This document shows, in pieces, positions 44,120 through 52,304 of a stretch of 56,230 nucleotides of DNA. The stretch is from a virus. Its lineage: Duplodnaviria > Caudoviricetes. The position numbers were made by a program, and so were the translations under genes. The stretch covers positions 1 through 56,230 of the IMG/VR virus record IMGVR_UViG_3300043464_001636. One strand, 5' to 3'. The stretch's first letter is position 1, and each line of letters begins with the position of its first letter. The notes under the pieces were generated by a model. It was not told where the DNA came from. It saw nothing but the letters and a program-made list of their open reading frames with translations, and ran no database searches.

Positions 44120-44608
44120 TTATGCTCCCATTACATAGATTTCGTATTCTTGACCGCTCGTGCCGCCGATGCGGAGAATGCTGCCGCCGCTGGTCGTCGC
44201 GAATCCGGCTGTATTTGGGCTCGACGCCATGAAGCAGCCACGCTCGCGGATTGGATAGCCCCGCAGCGTCAGGCTGCCGAGGTTGATCATGGGGCTAAAG
44301 TTCCAACTCGTGACGTCCTGCCGGAAGACGCTGAATTGCGAGCCTGTCCAGCCAGCCGAGAGGGCGATCTGGCTCGTGCCGGAGAGGTTCCGCACAAAGA
44401 TCAGTTTTACGACGCTCATTCCGATCGTCGCGAAGTCGATGTCGTCAAAGCCAGCGGACGGGAACGTCCTCTTGTCGCTGAACACCTTTGTGCAGTCGCC
44501 CACCGACACCGAGAAGTCGAAGGAGTGGGCGGAGATCGACTGAGCCAGGCCAGAGGTCTGGGAGAGCGCGGCGTCGGCTTTTGCGACGACCGTCGCCGTC
44601 ATGCTCAT
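44120..44608 (-). CDS. Beta-rich virion protein (paralog set member 1)
   Basis: ATGA overlap; VKLIFVRNLS. Confidence 0.7.
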   Translation of the reverse strand: MSMTATVVAKADAALSQTSGLAQSISAHSFDFSVSVGDCTKVFSDKRTFPSAGFDDIDFATIGMSVVKLIFVRNLSGTSQIALSAGWTGSQFSVFRQDVTSWNFSPMINLGSLTLRGYPIRERGCFMASSPNTAGFATTSGGSILRIGGTSGQEYEIYVMGA

Positions 44609-45243
44609 CGGTATCCACCCCAGCCACTCGCGGCCATCAACGTCTCGAACGTCATCGGTACTTCCATCATCTGCCCAGACGTCACGGCCTCGCGATTGGC
44701 GTACCAGTGGCCGACGAGCAGAAGAACACCGTGGCGGATCGTTTGCGGCACGCTCGTGCCAGACGCACCGTAGCCAGCGCTCCACTGCACGGTGACGCTG
44801 TTCTCGTCGCCGCGAGTCGGCGGCCATGCCTCGAGGTACTTCGGATAGATCCGCCCAGGGATGACGTTCGAGTCGACCTGAAACGCCCCAGTCGCGCTCG
44901 ACATCGACACGCTCTGGCCATCTGGATTGCGATACGTCACCGTGACCGTGCCGGCCAGCATCGGCGGCCTCGGCAGAACGACCTCCCACGATGGGAAGTT
45001 GTCGTAGCGGGCAGTCCACGTTGTCGTGATGAGCGTGACGTCCAAGCGGCCCTCGACGTACTCGCGAGCGCCAGCGATGAGTGCCGAAATCAGCGCGTCG
45101 TCGGTGGAGTGGTCAACCCTGCAGTGCGCCTTGGCTTCAGCGAGCGTCACCGGCTCGACGGCTGGCCCGGACGTCCGCACGAGGCTCCGGTAGGGCGTGA
45201 GGGCGACATCTGGATTTTCTGGGGCCGGAAATACAAGTGTCAT
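44605..45243 (-). CDS. Head-tail connector/adaptor (gp6-like)
   Basis: EPVTLAEAKAHCRVD..DDALI..LI..AREYVE, LLLVGHWYANRE. Confidence 0.92.
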   Translation of the reverse strand: MTLVFPAPENPDVALTPYRSLVRTSGPAVEPVTLAEAKAHCRVDHSTDDALISALIAGAREYVEGRLDVTLITTTWTARYDNFPSWEVVLPRPPMLAGTVTVTYRNPDGQSVSMSSATGAFQVDSNVIPGRIYPKYLEAWPPTRGDENSVTVQWSAGYGASGTSVPQTIRHGVLLLVGHWYANREAVTSGQMMEVPMTFETLMAASGWGGYR

Positions 45244-45434
45244 GGCTTCTTCTTCTTTGGCCTGTTGTCAATGAACGCCCTCTCGCACCGCTCTTCGACG
45301 GCAGCCGCCTCCGGCTCTTCGCGCACTTCCTCGATCATGCCGCGGCCGATGAAAATCCGGCACATGCCGTCTGCCCAGTCGAAGACTTGGCCGACCTTGT
45401 AGCCTCGAAATGCCTTGGCGATGCGAATCTTCAT
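45240..45434 (-). CDS. Small head-module protein
   Basis: ATGA overlaps; Y.VGQV...A....I.RG pattern common after capsid genes. Confidence 0.7.
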   Translation of the reverse strand: MKIRIAKAFRGYKVGQVFDWADGMCRIFIGRGMIEEVREEPEAAAVEERCERAFIDNRPKKKKP

Positions 45435-46159
45435 GCCACGAACCCCCAGGCGTCGGCCGGCGGCTTCTGGCCGTCATTCCAGAACGTCGTCGTGTGCTGC
45501 TGCACCTTGCCGCCGTCGACCGTTCGCGAGGGCCAGGTAATCATCAGTTCGCAGTGGCCGACGCTGACGTTCGTTGCGATGCCGAGTTTGTTGCCGGCGG
45601 CCGAGAACGACTTCCAGAACGCTATGTCTTCATCCAAATGGCCGCCGTTGTATTCACCATTCTCGTTGGCGCGCCCCTCAAACCACGGCTTCTTCATCTT
45701 CTTGATCGCCGCGGTGCGAATGAACGTGCAGCCGAAGTGGGCAGTCTCGGCGATCTGAACTGGCTTGCTGAACCAGTCCTGGTCGACGCTCGTCTTCTCG
45801 TCCACGCTGACTCCGGGGAGGGCGAACATGACAGCGTTGCTCTCCCGCTTTGTCTGGAGCGGTGCGATGGCGTCCACGCCGGCGTGCATCATCAAGGCCA
45901 GAAGCGCCTCGACAGTCTTGGCCGTGAACACGGTGTCGTAGTCGATGCACAGCACGACGTCGTGCGTGTCGATGACAGTCTCCATGCTCCTTTGGAGGCA
46001 TTGCCCCCAGAACGCGCCGGTGTATTTGATCGGAGAAATCCGATGCGGCGCGAGGGCTGCGGAGACGCAGAAGAAGTTATCAGTGAAGCCGAGGCGGGGT
46101 GTGCTCATAAGAGCAGCAACCTTCACCTCGGCTTCACAATTACCAATTCGCAAAAACAT
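45431..46159 (-). CDS. GT-A fold glycosyltransferase-like protein in the head module
   Basis: VLCIDYD (DxD), HFGCTFIR, PWF, EDIAFW, VGH. Confidence 0.75.
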   Translation of the reverse strand: MFLRIGNCEAEVKVAALMSTPRLGFTDNFFCVSAALAPHRISPIKYTGAFWGQCLQRSMETVIDTHDVVLCIDYDTVFTAKTVEALLALMMHAGVDAIAPLQTKRESNAVMFALPGVSVDEKTSVDQDWFSKPVQIAETAHFGCTFIRTAAIKKMKKPWFEGRANENGEYNGGHLDEDIAFWKSFSAAGNKLGIATNVSVGHCELMITWPSRTVDGGKVQQHTTTFWNDGQKPPADAWGFVA

Positions 46160-46187
46160 TCACCTGCTCCTGTTGTGAGGAGCGGGC

Positions 46188-46201
46188 GCGCGTCCTTGCG
46201 C
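46188..46201 (-). promoter_or_regulatory. Stem-loop GCGC-AAGGAC-GCGC upstream of an RBS-sequestering hairpin (CTCCT-CACAAC-AGGAG)
   Basis: ANGGAN hexaloop that is not the SD itself. Confidence 0.55.
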
Positions 46202-46239
46202 CTTTGTCGGCCGTCGTGGCCGTCCCGCTTGTATCGGGA

Positions 46240-46689
46240 CTAGCCACGCACCCAGCCGCTGACGCACGCGCCGGCCTCGGAGGCGGTAGCCGGAGCAACT
46301 TCGGGCCGCGAGAGGCGGGCCGAGATGCCGCAGGTGGCGCTCACGCCGGGCGTGTAGGACAGCTTCAGGTAACGCTTGCGAGCCTTCGTGTCGACGTCGA
46401 GCTTCACGATGGCCGCACTGGCCGTCGCAGAAGCAGCAATCGTCGGCATCGTGAACCCGCCGGTGCCGCCACCGACGAGCGCGGTCACGTTGGCGTAAGA
46501 CGAGTTGTCGTCAGACTCCTCGATCTTCAGCACGTTCGCGAACGCAGTGCTGGCGTTGTTAGCGCGAATCACCGTGAACGACGCGTAGTCGTAGCCGAGC
46601 GTGTCGACCGTCAGCGTCGCCGTGGCAGTTGCGCCGACGGCAGCGGTGGGGACATCACCAACAATCTTTTCGTTCTGAGCCTTGAGCAT
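46240..46689 (-). CDS. Putative capsid decoration/cement protein
   Basis: Follows the capsid gene; VDT.GY, L.IEESDD, KRYL.L pattern. Confidence 0.72.
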   Translation of the reverse strand: MLKAQNEKIVGDVPTAAVGATATATLTVDTLGYDYASFTVIRANNASTAFANVLKIEESDDNSSYANVTALVGGGTGGFTMPTIAASATASAAIVKLDVDTKARKRYLKLSYTPGVSATCGISARLSRPEVAPATASEAGACVSGWVRG

Positions 46690-46707
46690 TTCTAGGAAAC
46701 TCCTTTA

Positions 46708-48060
46708 TCAAGCGGCCGGCGTGCGGAGGGCGACCACAGGGCCGACCTCGCTCGTCGATCCGAGAGAGTGGTGATTGATGTCGAACCGCATCGTGCCTTG
46801 GAGCAGCAACTGATCCGTGGTGGCGTACACCTGGTCGTACAGCCGCACGGAGAAGTCACGGCGACGGGCATAGATGGACGACAGGCCCATGTTCCCGAAC
46901 AGCACCTTGACCTTGCTGGCGTCGGCGCCCAGGGTGCTGTTCATCACATGCACCACAGAAACCGGATAGCCGAGCCAAGTGTCCGAAGACCCGCCGGCAA
47001 CGGTGTCGGCCGTGTTTCCGCCAGCCGCGTACTTCAGGCGGTCGATCGAGGCAGCCTTGCCGGCCGGCGAGATGTACCACCGAGCGCCCTGACGGGCGTA
47101 GATGGGCAGCTTGCCGATGACGCCGAGGAAATCCTCGATGTCGAGGGTCTCGAAGGCCGTGTTGCCGGCCGCGCCCGTCACAACCGAGGCGGTGTGGTCT
47201 CCACTGTTGATCTTGGACACGATGCCGCGGATGCCGCCGAAATCGGAGGTGCCGTCGCCGAGCCAGCCGCAGAGGTCGATCTTGTAGGCCAGCGACGTTG
47301 CGAATTCTTGGCCAACTGCGTCGGCCAGACCCACCACGCCAGCGGAATCCTCGACCACCTCCGAGCTCATCCGGCAGCTCACGGCCAGCTTCTTGGCCAC
47401 GAGTTGCACGTTGCCGTAGGTCGGCTCGCTCTCGGTGATGCTCGAGCCTTCACCCACGAAGTACGCCGTCGTGCCGGTGAGGCGCTTCGGAATCACCATC
47501 GTGTCGCGGCTCATGCTCACGTTCTCGGCGGTGCCGGGGAACGTGCCGTATGTCTCGACGAGCCGGATCACCCGGTTCGCGAACTCTTCGGGAACCAAGG
47601 CGCCACCGGCAGCGTTGCTGCCTTCGTTCAGGGCGCGGGCCTCGACGCCGTGGTCGCGGCACCACCGCATATCGTCGGCACTCTTGAACACCGTCGCCCG
47701 CAGCCAGCGGCCGCAGCGGTAGGCGCTCTCGACGGCATCGGGGCCGTCGTTGAAGGCCCGAAGCTGGGTGTGATGCGGCAGGATATGCCGGATCTCGAGC
47801 TTCTTCTCTTCGGCAGCCGGGGTAGCAACGGGGGCCGGAGCGGGGGCAGCCCGCTCGACCACAGCCCGAAGTTCGGCTTCCTTGGCGGCGAGCTTCTGCT
47901 CGAACTCGAGGTCGGACTGAACCTTGTCAGCCTCGTCGGTCAGCTTGCGGAGTTCCGCGTTTTGATCTTCCGACCGCTCTTCGCAATCGGCGAGTTCGTT
48001 GAGGCGGGCCGCAATCGCTGCCGCACGATCCTGAAGACGCTTGAGGTTGCTCGCTGCCAT
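46708..48060 (-). CDS. Major capsid protein, HK97 fold with N-terminal delta domain
   Basis: Coiled-coil N-terminus, GGALVPEEF, AYFVGEG, KKL...SSE..EDS, GDG, LG.PV, FGN. Confidence 0.95.
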   Translation of the reverse strand: MAASNLKRLQDRAAAIAARLNELADCEERSEDQNAELRKLTDEADKVQSDLEFEQKLAAKEAELRAVVERAAPAPAPVATPAAEEKKLEIRHILPHHTQLRAFNDGPDAVESAYRCGRWLRATVFKSADDMRWCRDHGVEARALNEGSNAAGGALVPEEFANRVIRLVETYGTFPGTAENVSMSRDTMVIPKRLTGTTAYFVGEGSSITESEPTYGNVQLVAKKLAVSCRMSSEVVEDSAGVVGLADAVGQEFATSLAYKIDLCGWLGDGTSDFGGIRGIVSKINSGDHTASVVTGAAGNTAFETLDIEDFLGVIGKLPIYARQGARWYISPAGKAASIDRLKYAAGGNTADTVAGGSSDTWLGYPVSVVHVMNSTLGADASKVKVLFGNMGLSSIYARRRDFSVRLYDQVYATTDQLLLQGTMRFDINHHSLGSTSEVGPVVALRTPAA

Positions 48061-48235
48061 TTTCGACTGACTCCTGTTGAGCCGGCCAAAAACGCAAACG
48101 CGACGGCCGGCGGGTAAAAGTCCCGCAAGGGCGCCGCGCCTTGAATCCTCAAAGCACTCGCACTATCTCCTGACGAAATCCTCGTCCGGAGTTGTGTATG
48201 CCTGTAGCCTAGCAGATGGAGAGGGTGGCGTGCAA
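48061..48235 (-). promoter_or_regulatory. Capsid gene promoter and structured 5' leader with GGA-loop hairpins
   Basis: TTGCAC-N18-TAGGCT with TG extension; CTCC-G-GACGA-GGATT-TCGTC-A-GGAG (48167-48191); TTGA-GGAT-TCAA (48141-48152); further GC stems. Confidence 0.6.
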
Positions 48236-48236
48236 C

Positions 48237-48428
48237 CTAGTCGACGATCCACTCCCTGCCCTCGGACGCCAGCCAATCCGAAAACTCTTCCGGCGTCATC
48301 TCGCTTTTCCATTGCTCGGCGAGTTTCGCAATCTCTTCCTCGAAGGCGTCGAACTCTTCTTTTCCGTAGTGGTTGTTTCGCTGCTCTCTTTCTGGGATGG
48401 AGTCCCAGGTCTTCTTTTTTAAGGGCAT
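48237..48428 (-). CDS. Small acidic protein, possible inhibitor of the upstream enzyme
   Basis: 63 aa, Glu/Trp-rich; AGGA RBS. Confidence 0.6.
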   Translation of the reverse strand: MPLKKKTWDSIPEREQRNNHYGKEEFDAFEEEIAKLAEQWKSEMTPEEFSDWLASEGREWIVD

Positions 48429-48436
48429 GCGGTTTC

Positions 48437-50749
48437 CTATTTCTTCTTTGGCTTTGCCTTGCCAGCGGCAACAAGCGCGTCTTCGTCAACCACCAAGACA
48501 AAAACAGCGCTTGGCTTTTTTGACTGATCCCAAGAGCCGCCCATCAATTTCGTCAAATCATCGTCCCGCACCCTGTCGCCCGGCTTTGCGCTTCCGTTTT
48601 TTACCGCCGGATGGTTTTTATCCAGCAGCCAATAGTGCTCTGACGCTTTGTATTGAGAGGAGGTCGCAGGCGGAATTATAACCTCACTCTCGGCGGCATG
48701 GTGCGGAAGCCTTTTCCCCGTGTCGGCGCCCCTTGTGTTGTTTCTCACTACGACAACGACCGTACCGCTGGGGAAGCTGCTTCCGGATTTTATGGATGAT
48801 TCGATCTCCGACGCTTTGTCGATCTTGCTAAACGAGGCGTGCGTCGGGCTGCCGGGGGCGCTGGGGTATTCGGTATTCCATCTGCCGGTCTTTAGCCACG
48901 TTTTTATCTGCTCTCCAGAAATCGCATCCAGCCGGCGAGTGACTTTGCCGTGGTACTTTGGCAGCTTTGACACGGCGCTTGCGAATGTTTGGGCTTTTTG
49001 GCTATTGGCCACCGCCTGAGCGCCTTGCTTCTCTATGTGGTGAATTTCTTTCCACTGCGACCCTCCCCACGCAAGCGCTTCGTTTCGCTCCTTTGCTGAC
49101 AGGCTGTGATTCCACACCGCGCTTACTGCCGCGTCTTGGTCGCTCGACGACATCATTGACGATGTCTTGCCTGTCGCGACCGAGTTTTTAACGGCCTCGC
49201 TCTTCTGTGAAACAGACTCCACCGCTTTCTTAAGCCCGGCGCCGTTGGCTTCTTGATACCCTTTACCGGCGACGGGCTTGCTCTTGAGCGACTTCTTGTA
49301 CGACTTCTGCCAAGCGGAGAGGCTGTCCAGTCGCTTTGACAGCGTGGCGCGAAGCTCATCTGTCTTGGCGGCCGCAAGGATCTGCTCTTTGCGCTTCAAA
49401 ACCTGCGTGATCTGCGAACTGATCTCTTTGTTGCTGAGAGAGCCAAAAACGCTGGCAGACGCCGAGTTGATCGAGGCGTCTCGAAGGCTGGATATTTCCG
49501 TCACCTCGGGGCCGAATTCCTTGTTTTTGCCTTGAGCGCGGAACGTGAGCGACCCTCCGTTGTCGACGCGAAACACTTTGCCGCCTTTTCCAACGACAAT
49601 GTTGTCGAGGTTCGCGCCCACAACGTCGTAGTTTCCGAGCAGCGCGTCGGCGACAAAATGCTTCTTGATCTTTGCGACTGCCGCTTCGTACTGCTTCGGA
49701 TTTGACGTCTTGAGTTCGCCGAGCGTTTTTCCGTCGATGAATTCCGCGACTTTTGCGGACGTTCCGTCTGCGTTCTTGTGGAGTTGCTGCTTGGGGACAT
49801 CTGCTCCTGCGGCTCGGTACAGATCGTCGGCCTGAGACTCGCTTTCAATGTGGCCCTTTGTCTTCCCAGATTTGATGACGTACTTTTTGCCGCTGGCGTC
49901 GACTGCAAGCTGGGCGCCTGTGGTGCCGCCAAGATTCTTCTCTACCTTGAGCGATGCGGGCGCCGGCGTCGTGTCTGGGTTCTCGACTGCTGCGAGGGCT
50001 TTCTCGTGCTCGTCGCCGACCTTCTTGACCGGCGCTGGCTTGCCCTTCCTTGCCGTGTCGGCTTGGGCGTCAAGCATCGCTTTTTGCTTGGCGGACGCCT
50101 CTTCTGCGGCGTTCTTCTGGGCCTCAGCGAGCGCTTTTGCCTTTGCCTCGTCGATTTCTTGCTTGATGCTCTTGGGCGTTCCGGAGACGGTCAGTTGCTT
50201 TGAAGCCTCTGCCGTCTTCGTCTTCATTGCAGCCTTGGCTTCGTCAAGCTGCTCCTTCACGCTCTTTGGAGTGCCGACGACCTCAAGCTTTTCATTCGCC
50301 TTCTTGACGCGAATCTTCTGGAGCATGGCCTCGCGCTTCTTAGCACGGGCGGCGTCGAGTGCCTGTTTTTCCTCGGCGTCTTTGGACTGCTTCTCCTTCT
50401 TACGAACAGCGGCCTTCTTGCGCGCGGACGAGATCTTTGCGTCCTTGGCAGCGACTTTGAGGGCGGCCGCTTTTGCAGCCAGCGCTTCCTTCGTCGCCGG
50501 GAGGCTTGCCGCTACGGCCTGCTTGCCCTTCTGAGCAAACGACTTCGGAAGATTGGGGCGGCCGTCTTCTTTTGCGCAGTTGTTTCCAACACCGAACCCG
50601 CCAGCGCCGGTCCCGCAGCCGGTCTTGCGGCCGGTCTTTGCCGGCCGCCCTGGCGCGCGCACCTTCTTCTTCTTTTGGGCCTTGCGGCCGCCTCCCATGC
50701 GCGCTCTCGCCTCTGCGATTGCGCGAAGAAGTTCAGCGCGAATGTCCAC
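48437..50749 (-). CDS. Multi-domain protein: Lys/Ala-rich N-terminus, atypical kinase-like domain, ADP-ribosyltransferase-like domain
   Basis: GGTTGA, YVIK, ESE, DALLGNYD, N, RVDNGGS; then LPKYHGKVTR, ASFS, ESEVII. Confidence 0.72.
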   Translation of the reverse strand: MDIRAELLRAIAEARARMGGGRKAQKKKKVRAPGRPAKTGRKTGCGTGAGGFGVGNNCAKEDGRPNLPKSFAQKGKQAVAASLPATKEALAAKAAALKVAAKDAKISSARKKAAVRKKEKQSKDAEEKQALDAARAKKREAMLQKIRVKKANEKLEVVGTPKSVKEQLDEAKAAMKTKTAEASKQLTVSGTPKSIKQEIDEAKAKALAEAQKNAAEEASAKQKAMLDAQADTARKGKPAPVKKVGDEHEKALAAVENPDTTPAPASLKVEKNLGGTTGAQLAVDASGKKYVIKSGKTKGHIESESQADDLYRAAGADVPKQQLHKNADGTSAKVAEFIDGKTLGELKTSNPKQYEAAVAKIKKHFVADALLGNYDVVGANLDNIVVGKGGKVFRVDNGGSLTFRAQGKNKEFGPEVTEISSLRDASINSASASVFGSLSNKEISSQITQVLKRKEQILAAAKTDELRATLSKRLDSLSAWQKSYKKSLKSKPVAGKGYQEANGAGLKKAVESVSQKSEAVKNSVATGKTSSMMSSSDQDAAVSAVWNHSLSAKERNEALAWGGSQWKEIHHIEKQGAQAVANSQKAQTFASAVSKLPKYHGKVTRRLDAISGEQIKTWLKTGRWNTEYPSAPGSPTHASFSKIDKASEIESSIKSGSSFPSGTVVVVVRNNTRGADTGKRLPHHAAESEVIIPPATSSQYKASEHYWLLDKNHPAVKNGSAKPGDRVRDDDLTKLMGGSWDQSKKPSAVFVLVVDEDALVAAGKAKPKKK

Positions 50750-52304
50750 GAGAGAGAGACTCCAGGGTTTTTGCCTTGAGTCGCGCCGCCGCGCTCCGCG
50801 GCTCCTCGTCAGGCTCGCCGATTGCTGAAATCGGGTCTTCCATCGAGAGCTTCTCCTCTGGAATGATCCAGAGCTTGCACAGCCCCTTCTCTTCGATCTG
50901 GCCCTCCACGACGTCGCACGAGCCGCCCTCGTTGAAGAAGACGCAGTTCGAGCACATCATGCCCTGCCCCTGGAACGGGCTTCGCTTCATGTAGTGGGAG
51001 CCGTCTGGGCCTTCCTGCGGCCACATGCCCTCGGTGTCGGCGATGGTGTTCAGCGCCTCGTAGAGGGCGTAGTTTGCAGCGGACAACGAGCCGGCAGTGG
51101 GCTGTGCGTCCATCTCTTCCGCCCTGACCTCGACGGCCTGCTCGTCAACGCTCCGCTCCATTGCGGCAGACTTGCGTTTCGACCAGTTCTTCGCCGGCGT
51201 GCCGCCCCACAGGAGCCACGCCACGAAGCCGGGTTTTTCCTCGCCGGCCTTGTCCCAGCCTGGTGACTTGCTCGCCGTCTCGTGGCGGGCGAACCACGCA
51301 TTCATCTCCTTAACGTGATCCTCGGCCAGCGACTCGCGGCGGGCGATCTTGTTGGCGCGGGCCACGGTCTCGGGCTTGAGGCCGTCGCCAGACTTCCCCT
51401 CTTCGTGCAGACGCAGGCCGCGCTTGGCCGCGGCGGCCATGCCGGCCGTCGGCTTGAGGTCTACGGCCCGCTCGTCTGGCATCGAGTCGATGAACGCAGG
51501 AACCTCGCCCATGACGTTGCTGGCGGCGACGAGTTCCGACATCATTTTGGCCACGAATTCGTCGGTCTCTTCCCAGTAGCCTTCCTCGAACTCGTACTTG
51601 CGGACGAGCACGATCGGATCGCCAGGCTTGGCCTCCATCGGCTCGGAGAGGTATTCGCCAAGCTGGCCCTCTTCCATGACGTATTCGATCTGACCGACGC
51701 CGCCGTCCCAGGCCACGAACGCGCCCTGCGAATACATCGTCGCGGCGGCGCGAGTGTGAACGACGTCGAGGGCGCGGCGGCTCACGAACGACTCAGTGGC
51801 GCTGTAGGCCGGCTTAAGGACCGGCCCGACATCGAAGAGGCCGTCGATCGTGCGAATCTCACGCAACTGCCGGCCGTCGGCTGTGCGACTCCAGGCTTCA
51901 CCGGATCCTTTCACGCGGAACGCGAAGCTCGAGCCTCGCACATCAGAGCGCTCGATGGCTTCAACGACGTCAGCACGAGATTCCGGTGGGTCGATCTCGT
52001 ATCGCAATCCGCGTTCGTCCACGAACAGGCGCAGCGTGCCGGAGGACTCTCGTCCCAGCAAAAACATCGGATCGTGGTTGTAGAGGGCCACGACGTCGGT
52101 GCCGCGCTTCATGACCTCGTCGAACGCGCCTGGGGAGATTCTTTCCACGAACCCGCCCAAGTCCTGCGAGTCGGAATTAAATAATGCCGCATAGCCGCGG
52201 ATGACCGGCTTTTTCTTGCCCGTCTTCTCGCACATGCACCGTTCGACGACCGCCTCGGTCTCGATCAGCCGGCGTTCAACGTCTTCTCGACTCTCTCCGT
52301 CCAT
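50733..52304 (-). CDS. HK97-type prohead protease with about 340 aa of C-terminal extra domains
   Basis: IRGYAALFN, ERI.PGAF, LYNHD, GR, D.RGL.YEI, SFAF, PAY. Confidence 0.9.
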   Translation of the reverse strand: MDGESREDVERRLIETEAVVERCMCEKTGKKKPVIRGYAALFNSDSQDLGGFVERISPGAFDEVMKRGTDVVALYNHDPMFLLGRESSGTLRLFVDERGLRYEIDPPESRADVVEAIERSDVRGSSFAFRVKGSGEAWSRTADGRQLREIRTIDGLFDVGPVLKPAYSATESFVSRRALDVVHTRAAATMYSQGAFVAWDGGVGQIEYVMEEGQLGEYLSEPMEAKPGDPIVLVRKYEFEEGYWEETDEFVAKMMSELVAASNVMGEVPAFIDSMPDERAVDLKPTAGMAAAAKRGLRLHEEGKSGDGLKPETVARANKIARRESLAEDHVKEMNAWFARHETASKSPGWDKAGEEKPGFVAWLLWGGTPAKNWSKRKSAAMERSVDEQAVEVRAEEMDAQPTAGSLSAANYALYEALNTIADTEGMWPQEGPDGSHYMKRSPFQGQGMMCSNCVFFNEGGSCDVVEGQIEEKGLCKLWIIPEEKLSMEDPISAIGEPDEEPRSAAARLKAKTLESLSRGHSR

